The notes under the pieces were generated by a model, which saw only the letters and a program-made list of their open reading frames with translations, searched no databases and was not told the DNA's origin. Of a DNA stretch of 64,000 bases, positions 26,932 to 35,864 are shown piece by piece. The stretch lies in the NCBI GenBank assembly GCA_041577295.1, contig JBFGJG010000009.1, forward strand, positions 44,052 through 108,051. The letters run 5' to 3'. A program made the position numbers and the translations under genes. Each line of letters opens with the position of its first letter. Position 1 is the stretch's first letter. Source of the stretch: Gemmatimonadales bacterium (GTDB lineage Bacteria; Gemmatimonadota; Gemmatimonadetes; Gemmatimonadales; GWC2-71-9).

Positions 26932-29691
26932 ATGCCGCCAATGGCTCGCGCCCGCTCGATTGCCACGCTCGTCGTCATCTCCCAGCTCTTCATGAGCACC
27001 TCCCCTGTCGCACAGAGCGTCGAGCGCGCTCCCCAAGGGCTGGCCGCGTGGTCCGTCGATGACATTTTGCTGGCCGAGACGGCGAGTGACTTCCAGATCT
27101 CGCCCGATGGACAGTGGGTGGTATGGGTTCGGTCCGCCATGGATCTTCAGAAGGGCCGATCCGCCTCTAACCTGTGGCTCACGCGGCTGTCGAATGGCGA
27201 ATCGTGGGCGCTCACCCGCGGTGATCAGGCGAACCGTACGCCGCGGTGGTCACCGGACGCGCGGTACATCGCGTTCGAATCGAACCGTGAGTCGGGAGAC
27301 ACCACCGACGAGGCGGACCGCACACAGCTGTGGATCCTCCGCGTCGCTGGCGGTGAACCGTGGCCGCTCACCACGGATGCGCGAGGCTTGCAGGCATTCG
27401 CGTGGAAAGGTCAGAGCCCCGATACGATCCTCTTCGCTGCCCAGGAGAGGGTGAGTCAGGCGGAGCGAACTCGGCGAGACCGCAAGGACACCGGCTTTGC
27501 GGTTGAGGATCCCGCCGAGCGCCCGCCGGTGCGTTTGTGGAGCCTCGCCGTCTCGACCAAGCGCGTGGCTCGGATCACGCTCAACAACGACTGGATCCAA
27601 ACCGTCGCGGTTTCGCCGGATGGCCGCTTTGCCGTCACGCGGCATCAGGTCGACCTGAGCGATCAGTTCGATCAACGGCGTCGGCCCGAGACCTACCTGA
27701 TCACCCTTGCGTCGGGGGAGCGCCGACGCGTTCTCGCTAATAGCGGGATCGCTCCGCGAAGCGTGGAGTGGGCTCCAGACGGCTCGGGGTTCTTCTTTTC
27801 GTATGAATTCACCAATCACCCACGCTATTTGATGGCGTCGGTCACCCGCATAGCGTGGTTCGATCTCGCGGCGGACAGTGTGCACCCGATCGACCTTGAG
27901 TGGGAACGAGGGCTCGGTACGTCGAGCTTCGAGGTGCAGCGAGACGGCTTCGTGGTGCTGCTCGCTGACGGCGTGCAAGAGCGAGCAGCTCGCTACACTC
28001 GACGCCGGGATGGGTGGCGGCGTACAATGTTGGAGGGCCGGCACGCGGGATACCTCGCCTCTCTCGAGATCTCTGGTAACGGTCAGCACATCGCCTACTT
28101 CACGTCCACGGCCAATACGCCACCCCAACCGTTCGTTGGCCGTCTCGACGGGATGCGCATCCGTGACGAGCGTCAGATCACGGACCTCAACCCCTCGTTC
28201 GCCACGAAACCCAAGCCACGAGTCGAGATCATCCGTTGGCCTGGGGCCCGGGACGAAGAGGTCGAAGGCGTGCTGTACTACCCACTCGAGTACCAGGAAG
28301 GCCGACCGTACCCCTTGATCGTGAGCATACACGGAGGACCCACCAGCGCCGACCTCGATGCGTGGACTCAGCGCTGGTCGTACCCGACCATCCTTTTCAA
28401 CCAGCGTGGCGCGTTCGTGCTCAAGCCCAACTACCACGGGAGCAGCAACTACGGGTTGGCCTGGGCCGAGTCCATCGGCGAGGGGCGGTATTACGAGCTC
28501 GAGATTCCGGACATCGAAAAGGGTGTGGATCAGCTCATCGCCGGGGGTCTGGTTCACCCGGATTCGGTCGCGACCCAGGGATGGAGCAATGGCGCCATCC
28601 TGTCCACGGAACTCACCACGACCAACCCCGCTCGATACCGCGCATCGTCTGCCGGCGCCGGGGACGTCGAGTGGATCTCGGATTGGGGGAACGTCGATTT
28701 CGGTGCCGCGTTCGACGAGTACTACTTCGGTACCAGCCCGTTGAAGGATCCGCAGCGCTACATCGACAAGAGCCCCTTTTTCCGGATGGATCGCGTGCGG
28801 ACGCCAACGCTGATCTTCTTTGGCACCGAGGATCGCAACGTCCCCCCCAGCCAGGGGTGGAGTCACTTCCGTGCGCTCCAGCAGCTCGGAAATACGGACG
28901 TGCGCTTCGTTCTCTTCCCCGGTGAGCCCCACGGCTTGCGGAAGCTGGCACACCAACGCCGCAAGGTCGAAGAAGAGCTGGCATGGTTCGATCGCCACCT
29001 CTGGGGGAGGCCGGACACCGTCAACCCCGCTCTTACCGCCGACGCTCCTTTGGCACGAGCCCTGTCGCGGAGCACCGCGAGTCGCGTCGGTGGGTTGTAC
29101 GGTGGGGACGCCAATGGGGTGCTGGTGCCGGAAACCGTACGTCGGGGAAACATCGACATCGGTCGGTTCGAGGTGACACGAGGACAGTGGCGCGAATTCG
29201 ATGCGGAGTACACCGTTGGTGATGGTCGAGAGAACCACCCCGCCTCGGGGATCTCGTTTGATCGCGCGGGCGCGTACGTTCGCTGGCTCTCCGACCGGAC
29301 CGGCGACACCTATCGGCTTCCCACTGTCGCGGAGTTACGCGGCCTCGACTCAGGGATTGTGGGTGGAGGCGTGACGCTGGACTATTGGGCGGGATACGCA
29401 CCCAACCCGGCGGACGTGGCCCGCTTGCTCGAGGCGGCGATGAGGTTACCGGGCGACGCGCCGCTGCTCCTCGAGGTTGGGAGTCACGCGACGGACATGA
29501 CCCCAACTCCGCCCTACGTGTTCGACGTGCGAGGGAGCGTGGCTGAGTGGGCGGTAGCAGCGGATGGAACGGGCATCCTCGTGGGAGGGAGTGCGGACCG
29601 GCCGCGCTCCGGAGGAGACGGGGTGAGCGAGGCGCTGTTGGCGTACCGCGGTGTGCGGGTGGTGAAAGAACCCAAGGGAGCAGAGCCGTGA
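26932..29691 (+). CDS. S9 family peptidase with C-terminal FGE-sulfatase-like domain
   Basis: WD40/PD40-like propeller, HGGP, GWSNG, EDRNV and EPHG; C-terminal FEVT..YRLPT.AE..GSVAEW. Confidence 0.87.
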   Translation: MPPMARARSIATLVVISQLFMSTSPVAQSVERAPQGLAAWSVDDILLAETASDFQISPDGQWVVWVRSAMDLQKGRSASNLWLTRLSNGESWALTRGDQANRTPRWSPDARYIAFESNRESGDTTDEADRTQLWILRVAGGEPWPLTTDARGLQAFAWKGQSPDTILFAAQERVSQAERTRRDRKDTGFAVEDPAERPPVRLWSLAVSTKRVARITLNNDWIQTVAVSPDGRFAVTRHQVDLSDQFDQRRRPETYLITLASGERRRVLANSGIAPRSVEWAPDGSGFFFSYEFTNHPRYLMASVTRIAWFDLAADSVHPIDLEWERGLGTSSFEVQRDGFVVLLADGVQERAARYTRRRDGWRRTMLEGRHAGYLASLEISGNGQHIAYFTSTANTPPQPFVGRLDGMRIRDERQITDLNPSFATKPKPRVEIIRWPGARDEEVEGVLYYPLEYQEGRPYPLIVSIHGGPTSADLDAWTQRWSYPTILFNQRGAFVLKPNYHGSSNYGLAWAESIGEGRYYELEIPDIEKGVDQLIAGGLVHPDSVATQGWSNGAILSTELTTTNPARYRASSAGAGDVEWISDWGNVDFGAAFDEYYFGTSPLKDPQRYIDKSPFFRMDRVRTPTLIFFGTEDRNVPPSQGWSHFRALQQLGNTDVRFVLFPGEPHGLRKLAHQRRKVEEELAWFDRHLWGRPDTVNPALTADAPLARALSRSTASRVGGLYGGDANGVLVPETVRRGNIDIGRFEVTRGQWREFDAEYTVGDGRENHPASGISFDRAGAYVRWLSDRTGDTYRLPTVAELRGLDSGIVGGGVTLDYWAGYAPNPADVARLLEAAMRLPGDAPLLLEVGSHATDMTPTPPYVFDVRGSVAEWAVAADGTGILVGGSADRPRSGGDGVSEALLAYRGVRVVKEPKGAEP

Positions 29692-30830
29692 CCTCCAACC
29701 TTACCCGCCGCGAGTTCACCCGTCTTGCCGCGGCACTCCCAGCTGCAGTGGCCCCACGCTTGGTGTCGTCGTGGTCATCACCTGTGCGCCGCCGTGCGTG
29801 GGAAGGCTACGAGGATGCCATGGTCATTGACGCGCTGGCGAGCCCCGGCCCTTTCAACGTGCCCGACCGTGAGGGTAACCCGCTGTCCGTCGTGATGGTG
29901 GAGAATGCCAAGCAGTCCGGCATCACGGCGGTAAACCTGACGCTCGATACGAGCGGACGTGGTCACGAGAGCTTCGATAACGCCGTTGCAAGCATCGCGT
30001 ACTGGGAACGTGAGCTGGACGCCCATCGAGACGTTCTGCTGAAGATCGAGTCGAGCGAGGACCTCCTCGCAGCGAAAGAGAGCGAGCGGTTGGGTCTCAT
30101 CTTCGGTTTTCAGGACTCCGCCATGCTCGACGGCGATCTCGAACGGCTCGCGACGTTTGCCAGTCTCGGGATTCGGATCATTCAGCTCACGTACAACGGT
30201 CGGAATCTCGCTGGCGATGGGTGCTTGGAACCGGCCAATGCAGGGCTCAGCCGGTTCGGCTTCGCTCTCGTCGAGCGGATGAACGCCATGGGGATCATCA
30301 TCGACCTGAGCCACTGTGGGCAACGCACGACGGCGGACGCCATTGCCGCGTCGCGCCACCCGGTAGCCATCACGCACTCCGGGTGCAGTGCCGTGTTCGA
30401 ACACCCACGGAGCAAGCGGGACGAGGAGCTGCGTCTCATGGCGGACAAAGGGGGGGTGCTCGGTATCTTTCTGATGCCGTTTCTCAATCCGTCCGGCCCC
30501 GCCACGGCAGATCACGTCATCCAACATCTGACGCATGCCATCAACGTTTGTGGCGAAGACCACGTGGGGATTGGGAGTGATCAATCGATCACTCCTATCG
30601 ACGCCTCGCCGGCCTACGTGGAAGCCGTGCGCCATTTCGCAACCGAGCGCAAGCGCTTGGGCGTCGGTGCACCCCGCGAGGATGAACTCTTGTTTGTTCC
30701 CGATCTCAATTCCCCACGACGCATGGAGATGATTGCGGATCGGCTCCTTGCCGCCGGTCACAGCGAGCGGCGCGTCGAAAAGATCATTGGGGGAAACTTT
30801 GCTCGCCTCTTTCGGGAGGTTTGGCCATGA
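29688..30830 (+). CDS. Membrane dipeptidase (M19), Tat-exported
   Basis: TRREF signal, QLTYN, IDLSH, ITHSG and HVGIGSD. GTGA overlap with the upstream gene. Confidence 0.87.
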   Translation: MTSNLTRREFTRLAAALPAAVAPRLVSSWSSPVRRRAWEGYEDAMVIDALASPGPFNVPDREGNPLSVVMVENAKQSGITAVNLTLDTSGRGHESFDNAVASIAYWERELDAHRDVLLKIESSEDLLAAKESERLGLIFGFQDSAMLDGDLERLATFASLGIRIIQLTYNGRNLAGDGCLEPANAGLSRFGFALVERMNAMGIIIDLSHCGQRTTADAIAASRHPVAITHSGCSAVFEHPRSKRDEELRLMADKGGVLGIFLMPFLNPSGPATADHVIQHLTHAINVCGEDHVGIGSDQSITPIDASPAYVEAVRHFATERKRLGVGAPREDELLFVPDLNSPRRMEMIADRLLAAGHSERRVEKIIGGNFARLFREVWP

Positions 30831-31894
30831 AGCGCACCACCACGTTCGCCCTCATCAGCAGCGTCTTGCTCGGCTCCGCGGCTCTTGCGCAGACGCCGGC
30901 TGCGGACTCGGCGGCCCTAGAGCCGCCAGGACCCTTGTTCGACTCACACGACATCGTCGAGGTGACCATCGCCGCTCCCCTGAGCACGATCATCAAAGAT
31001 CGTGATGACGAGAGCGAGGAGCACTCCGGGGCGGTGGTCATTGGCGGCGACACGCTGCCAGTGGAGATTCGGACGCGAGGACGGTTTCGATTGCAGAAAC
31101 GGACCTGCAACTTCCCACCACTGCGACTGGACTTTCCCAAAGACAGCGTGGTTGGGTCGTTATTCGAAAACCAAAACAAGCTCAAGCTGGTGACGCACTG
31201 CAATGACGATAGGTCGGACTACGAGCAGTACGTCCTCAAAGAGTATCTCGTCTATCGCGCGTATAACACGCTCGTTGATGAGAGTTTTCGTGTACGGCTC
31301 TTCCGGATCCGGTACGAGGATACGGACGGTAAGCGGGAGCCGCTGACCCGTTACGGCTTTGTCATTGAGGACGAGGACCGCCTGGCGCAGCGGCTTGGCG
31401 GGAGAATGGTCGAAACGCCCGTCGTCTTACCCGACCAGATGGATGGCTATCAGCTCGCACTTCTCGAGGTCTTTCAGTTCATGATTGGGAATACCGACTG
31501 GTCTGCGTTCGACGCGCCCGGAGCCGAGCGCTGTTGCCATAACGTTCGGCCGGTCGCGCCCCCCATCGGGGTTGCGATTCCCATACCATACGATTTCGAT
31601 TTCTCAGGTGCGGTGGACGCGCGATACGCGAAGCCTGCTGCCGGTATGGATATCCGTAACGTGCGGGAACGTAAGTACCGCGGCATCTGCTGGTCGCAGC
31701 AGCATCTCCCTCAAGTCTTCCAACACTTTAACGAGCGACGCGACGCGATCTACGCGTTGTACAACAGTCAGGAGGGTCTCGAGCCCGACGTGCTCAAGAA
31801 GAGTGTTGAGTACCTCGATGACTTCTACAAGATCATCAACGACGCGCGGAAGAGCGAATATGAAATCGTGCGGAGCTGCCGCCGGCTGCAGTGA
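30827..31894 (+). CDS. Secreted hypothetical protein, CotH-kinase-like
   Basis: Signal peptide; RG.FR, KLKLVTHC, EY.VY..YN, IGNTDW, HN and PYDFD. Confidence 0.65.
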   Translation: MKRTTTFALISSVLLGSAALAQTPAADSAALEPPGPLFDSHDIVEVTIAAPLSTIIKDRDDESEEHSGAVVIGGDTLPVEIRTRGRFRLQKRTCNFPPLRLDFPKDSVVGSLFENQNKLKLVTHCNDDRSDYEQYVLKEYLVYRAYNTLVDESFRVRLFRIRYEDTDGKREPLTRYGFVIEDEDRLAQRLGGRMVETPVVLPDQMDGYQLALLEVFQFMIGNTDWSAFDAPGAERCCHNVRPVAPPIGVAIPIPYDFDFSGAVDARYAKPAAGMDIRNVRERKYRGICWSQQHLPQVFQHFNERRDAIYALYNSQEGLEPDVLKKSVEYLDDFYKIINDARKSEYEIVRSCRRLQ

Positions 31895-31942
31895 CCGCTC
31901 AACAAACGACTCAGAGTGATGGGATGAAGTTGTCCGGCGAAA

Positions 31943-32182
31943 TCAGGTCGGAGTGTTCTCGTCAGCAGACTCCCGGAGGATGACCGATCGGTTGCACTCC
32001 GGACACCGTACCTGCCAGATCACCTTGTCGCGCTGTGTGATGGGTGTGCCAAACATCAGCTGCTGGTGACAGCGCGGACACATGACCTTCTGACGACGTT
32101 CGGCGACCTGCCGCTTGATCTCTCGCGCCTCGTCACGAGAGTAGGTCGCGGGGGTGTCAAACCAGCGATCGGATCTGCTCAT
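31943..32182 (-). CDS. Small Zn-finger protein
   Basis: CPRC..CPEC pairs, no signal peptide. Confidence 0.6.
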   Translation of the reverse strand: MSRSDRWFDTPATYSRDEAREIKRQVAERRQKVMCPRCHQQLMFGTPITQRDKVIWQVRCPECNRSVILRESADENTPT

Positions 32183-32254
32183 ACGATGTGAATGGTCGTC
32201 CCAGGGAATCGATACCGATGAATTTACACAAACTGTCTTCGTGACGCCTCGGGC

Positions 32255-32602
32255 TCACGTCGGACGGCCATGCCGTCGGAGCTTGCGCTCGCCAGCAGCT
32301 CGCCGCCCGCCAATCTCCACTGAGAGCAGCCCGATCCATACCAGCAGAAGCAGCCCCAGTCCACTGATCACGCCCCACAGCACCACCGCAAGCGCGTAGC
32401 GCAGCAACCCGGACGCGGGCGCCCCCCCATGCGCCACGACCATGACGAACAATCCAGCACTAGGTATGTTGAGCAACAGCCAGAGGACCGCCAGCCAGGG
32501 CGCAACCCGGTGCGCCCGCCGACGGATGCGGAGGCGACGCCAGCCGCGCAGCCGTCGGCGGGCCTCTAGATGTTTCAGAAGGACTTCGCCCGCCTCGTCC
32601 AT
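32255..32602 (-). CDS. Hypothetical 2-TM membrane protein
   Basis: Two hydrophobic segments flanked by basic stretches; start uncertain. Confidence 0.5.
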   Translation of the reverse strand: MDEAGEVLLKHLEARRRLRGWRRLRIRRRAHRVAPWLAVLWLLLNIPSAGLFVMVVAHGGAPASGLLRYALAVVLWGVISGLGLLLLVWIGLLSVEIGGRRAAGERKLRRHGRPT

Positions 32603-32630
32603 GACTCCGAACAGTAAGAGAGGCACATTG

Positions 32631-33311
32631 ATGAATCCACGTTCGCGATGCCACTACGCGCTCACCACACTGCTCCTTGCGTCGATCTGGGCGTCGCCCA
32701 CCCACGCGCAGGACGTGGGATTTTCGCTTCACGTGGGGTCTCTCGGAATCGGCGCAGACCTCGCCGTAGCGGTCAACGACAATCTGAGCTTGCGGGCTGG
32801 AGGGAACGTCTTCCCGTTTGACATCAACATCACGGAATCGGATATCCGCTACACGCTCGACCTCCGTTCACCCTCGTTTCTCACGGTCATCGACCTCTCG
32901 CCAGGCGGCGCATTCCGCGTGAGCGGTGGATTGCTGATCGCGACTCGCGACTTCACCATCGATGCCGAGCTCGCCGAACCCGTGGACATCGGTGGTACGC
33001 TCTACCAACCGAGCGACATTGGCAGTCTGACCGGCGTGCTGGACACCCGCGATGTCGCTCCGTACGTGGGGATTGGATTCGGCTCGCCGCGTGGCGGCGG
33101 CGTGCGCCTGTTTCTCGACCTCGGCGTGGCGTTGCACGGTTCACCCGAGGTCAGTGCCGTGGCGTCCGGTCCTATCGCCTCGGACCCCCAATTTCAACAG
33201 GATCTCCAGCAGGAGGTCGACGACCTACAGGACTCCCTCAGCTCGTTCAGGGTCTATCCGGTGCTCTCGATTGGACTGATGATCGGGGTGGGACCGGTGT
33301 ACGGAAGTTGA
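32631..33311 (+). CDS. Putative outer-membrane beta-barrel protein
   Basis: Signal peptide ..THAQ, GSLGIGADL, APYVGIGFG and YPVLSIG. Confidence 0.72.
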   Translation: MNPRSRCHYALTTLLLASIWASPTHAQDVGFSLHVGSLGIGADLAVAVNDNLSLRAGGNVFPFDINITESDIRYTLDLRSPSFLTVIDLSPGGAFRVSGGLLIATRDFTIDAELAEPVDIGGTLYQPSDIGSLTGVLDTRDVAPYVGIGFGSPRGGGVRLFLDLGVALHGSPEVSAVASGPIASDPQFQQDLQQEVDDLQDSLSSFRVYPVLSIGLMIGVGPVYGS

Positions 33312-33401
33312 GCAGGGAGGAGAACGTGGGGAGCGGGGAGTAGTATCAATCCTTTTTGCTCGCTCCTTGCACATCAATCGGGGAAGGGCAGAGAGGGGTG
33401 G

Positions 33402-33854
33402 TTAGGGTTCTCCGTCCGCCAAGAGCCACGCTTCCGCTGTGGTCAGCTCCCGGAAGACGGCGAGTTTTGTTGGGACATCGTCACACATCTGCTCGAACAT
33501 GCGGATGAGCCCATAGTCCACCACCTTCGCCACGACCACTGCGGTTTTCCCTCCTCCCCGAAGATCCTTGCGGACGAGCACGAAGACGTGGAGACGGCGA
33601 AGATCGCCGGAGGACAGCCCGGCCACGGTTGCCTCGCGCAGATCCCAGAGCACATTCATCCCGATGCAGAACTGCGGGTGCTTGAGCATCGTGGATACCG
33701 CGGTCTCGAGGTCTTCCACCCGCAAGTCCCCAATCATGATGACCCGGAGAATGCCCGTCTCGCGGTCGAACTCGGCCACGATCGGCTCGGCGTGACGCCG
33801 AGGGAGGGGCCGGGGCGCGAGGCTGTCGCGGTGCTCGGGAAGGCTGGCGGTCAC
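33402..33854 (-). CDS. STAS/SEC14 (SpoIIAA-like) small protein
   Basis: VLWDLR..KTAVVV..YGLIRMF..AVFRE..AEAWL. GTG start overlaps the upstream TGA. Confidence 0.7.
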   Translation of the reverse strand: MTASLPEHRDSLAPRPLPRRHAEPIVAEFDRETGILRVIMIGDLRVEDLETAVSTMLKHPQFCIGMNVLWDLREATVAGLSSGDLRRLHVFVLVRKDLRGGGKTAVVVAKVVDYGLIRMFEQMCDDVPTKLAVFRELTTAEAWLLADGEP

Positions 33855-35473
33855 GTCGATGGCGCCTCGGTTGGGGCGCCCAAAGCAACGGACTGCATGA
33901 ACGCGTCGACTACATCGTCCCGCCACCAGTGTTGTGAGCGACGGATCTCCGCCACGGCGACTTCCAGCGAGAGCGCTTCCCGATACGGCCGATCCGTGGT
34001 CAACGCATCGAACACGTCAACGATTCCAATGATTTGCGCATGCAGCGGGATCTCATCTTCCTTGAGTCGATCCGGGTAGCCCGTACCGTCCATGCGCTCG
34101 TGATGCCACCGGATGATGGGCTTGATATTCCACGGGAACGCGACGTCTTCGAGCAGCTCGACGCCCCAGACGGTGTGCATTTTCATGATCTCGAACTCGT
34201 CCTGCGTGAGCGGGCCCGGCTTGTTGAGGATCTCGTGTGGGACGCGCACCTTGCCCACGTCGTGCAACCATGCCCCAATCCGTACCGTTTTGATGTCGTC
34301 CTCGCTCAGCCCCATTCTTCGAGCAACGCTTTCGGCGTAGGCACCCACGCGCTCGCAGTGCCCATGGGTATAGCTGTCCCGCGATTCGATCGACTGACCC
34401 CAATCCTTGACGACTGACAGATAGGTCCGCTCGAGAGACGCTCGCTTGCGTCCGACATTGACGAGATCCGCACGCGCATCCAGGAGGTCGAACAGCCGAT
34501 ACGCTGAATTGAGGAGCGACAGGGCCTCTTGATTCCTCCCCATCGTCTGACAGAGCACGGCCAGCTCACGCGTGGTCTCCGCCTGAACCAACACGGCCCT
34601 CCCGCTCTCCGCCATCTCCATGGCAGCACGCAGCCTCGACTCAGCCAGCGCCATGCGACCGGTCTCGCGATAGACCATACCGATCACGCGATAGACCGAT
34701 GCTTTGAGACCGAGGACGCCCAGCTGGTCAAAGATCACCAAGGCCGCTTCGGCGTTCGCGCGCGCCTGGTCATAGCGCTGCCGCTGCACGTCCATGTCCG
34801 CCAGGTTCACGAGACAAAGCCCCTGGAGGCGAAGATCGCCACTCGACTCGGCGATGCTTCGGCTGCGGCCGAAGTAATCCTCCGCCTCATCCCACATCTC
34901 CGCATCGGCACTCACCATCCCCAGATTGTGATAGGCGAGCGCGCGTCCGTGTGCGTTATCGGCCGCCGCGTACGCGGCGAGCGCGCGCTGATAGTGCTCA
35001 CGCGCCCGATCGAGATCGCCGTGGATGTTTGCGACGATTCCCAGATTTTGCTCAACCCTGGCGCGGAGCTCACGGTCGTGGCCCCCCAGCACCAGGGCAC
35101 GCTCGTAGTTCTCCTGCGCATGGTCGAGCGCGCCCAACTGGAGATCGAGACCGCCCAGCGTGTTCAAGGCTTCGGCGGCGACCAGCTCGTTGCCCATCTC
35201 AAAGGCGACATCGACACTGCGGTAACACAGGGCCCGAGCCGTCTCCGGGTCGTTCTGGTGGTACCGCAACACGGCCAGCCGGCGCAACGACTCCGCCAGC
35301 ACGCGATCCCCACCACTTCGCTCCGCCTCCCCAATGGCGGCCTCGTACCGCGCCGCCGCCTCGTCATTGAGCCCGAGCCGCTCGAGCTCGCGCCCATCGT
35401 GCAAGAGCTCCGCAGCCCCGGAGAGATCCGTCGACTTCTGTTGCCGGTTACCCGGCCTCGCCGAGCTCAACAT
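33851..35473 (-). CDS. TPR-repeat HD-GYP cyclic-dinucleotide phosphodiesterase
   Basis: About 8 TPRs; GHCERV, LHDVGK, HHERMDGTGYP and DVFDALTTDRPYR. Confidence 0.9.
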   Translation of the reverse strand: MLSSARPGNRQQKSTDLSGAAELLHDGRELERLGLNDEAAARYEAAIGEAERSGGDRVLAESLRRLAVLRYHQNDPETARALCYRSVDVAFEMGNELVAAEALNTLGGLDLQLGALDHAQENYERALVLGGHDRELRARVEQNLGIVANIHGDLDRAREHYQRALAAYAAADNAHGRALAYHNLGMVSADAEMWDEAEDYFGRSRSIAESSGDLRLQGLCLVNLADMDVQRQRYDQARANAEAALVIFDQLGVLGLKASVYRVIGMVYRETGRMALAESRLRAAMEMAESGRAVLVQAETTRELAVLCQTMGRNQEALSLLNSAYRLFDLLDARADLVNVGRKRASLERTYLSVVKDWGQSIESRDSYTHGHCERVGAYAESVARRMGLSEDDIKTVRIGAWLHDVGKVRVPHEILNKPGPLTQDEFEIMKMHTVWGVELLEDVAFPWNIKPIIRWHHERMDGTGYPDRLKEDEIPLHAQIIGIVDVFDALTTDRPYREALSLEVAVAEIRRSQHWWRDDVVDAFMQSVALGAPTEAPST

Positions 35474-35647
35474 GAGCCCCTCACAGCGCTAGCATGTGGT
35501 TGACGCAAACTGCCAGCGTCCCGCACGTGCCGGACGTTGGGTTCACAATCGATGAGAAACGCCTCGCAAGCCTCAGTGGTGTCTCACTTTCACGACGTCT
35601 TCGCGTCAAAAACCTACAACTCAAGGGCGCGGACGACGTACCGTAAG

Positions 35648-35663
35648 TGCAAGCGCTATACCA
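35648..35663 (-). promoter_or_regulatory. Putative sigma54 (-24/-12) promoter for the HD-GYP gene
   Basis: Minus strand TGGTATAGCGCTTGCA has GG-N10-GC and closely fits TGGCAC-N5-TTGCW. Confidence 0.65.
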
Positions 35664-35681
35664 TCTTAAAAGGCCTCAGCT

Positions 35682-35697
35682 TGTGATGTTGATCACA
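35682..35697. promoter_or_regulatory. Palindromic TF site TGTGA-N6-TCACA
   Basis: TGTGATGTTGATCACA is a perfect CRP-type core and also fits TGT-N10-ACA. Confidence 0.6.
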
Positions 35698-35864
35698 CTC
35701 CACAGGTGCGCCCGTTGGCGCAGCAAACAGCGCGCGAAAACAGCCATGCCGGCCTCGCAAGACAGTGTTGTGTGAATGCCACAACAGTCCGGCACCTCTA
35801 GCCATCCCACGCATCGAAACCGACCTTACCGCCCAGAGAACGACATCCGGGTGGAAAGGCTCCC

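Noticed and set aside
27250..29238. 662-aa antisense ORF, and similar long ORFs at 15598-17106, 20299-21795, 36230-37939 and 48206-49687
   Set aside because: These are shadow or alternate-frame ORFs over well-supported genes, expected at high GC, with no recognisable motifs.
31943..32182. CPRCH as a heme c site
   Set aside because: There is no export signal, and the second CPEC pair indicates a Zn finger.
35474..35640. c-di-GMP riboswitch or peptide precursor in the HD-GYP leader
   Set aside because: A GACGCAAA-like word is on the wrong strand, the other GEMM elements are missing, and there is no convincing small ORF.
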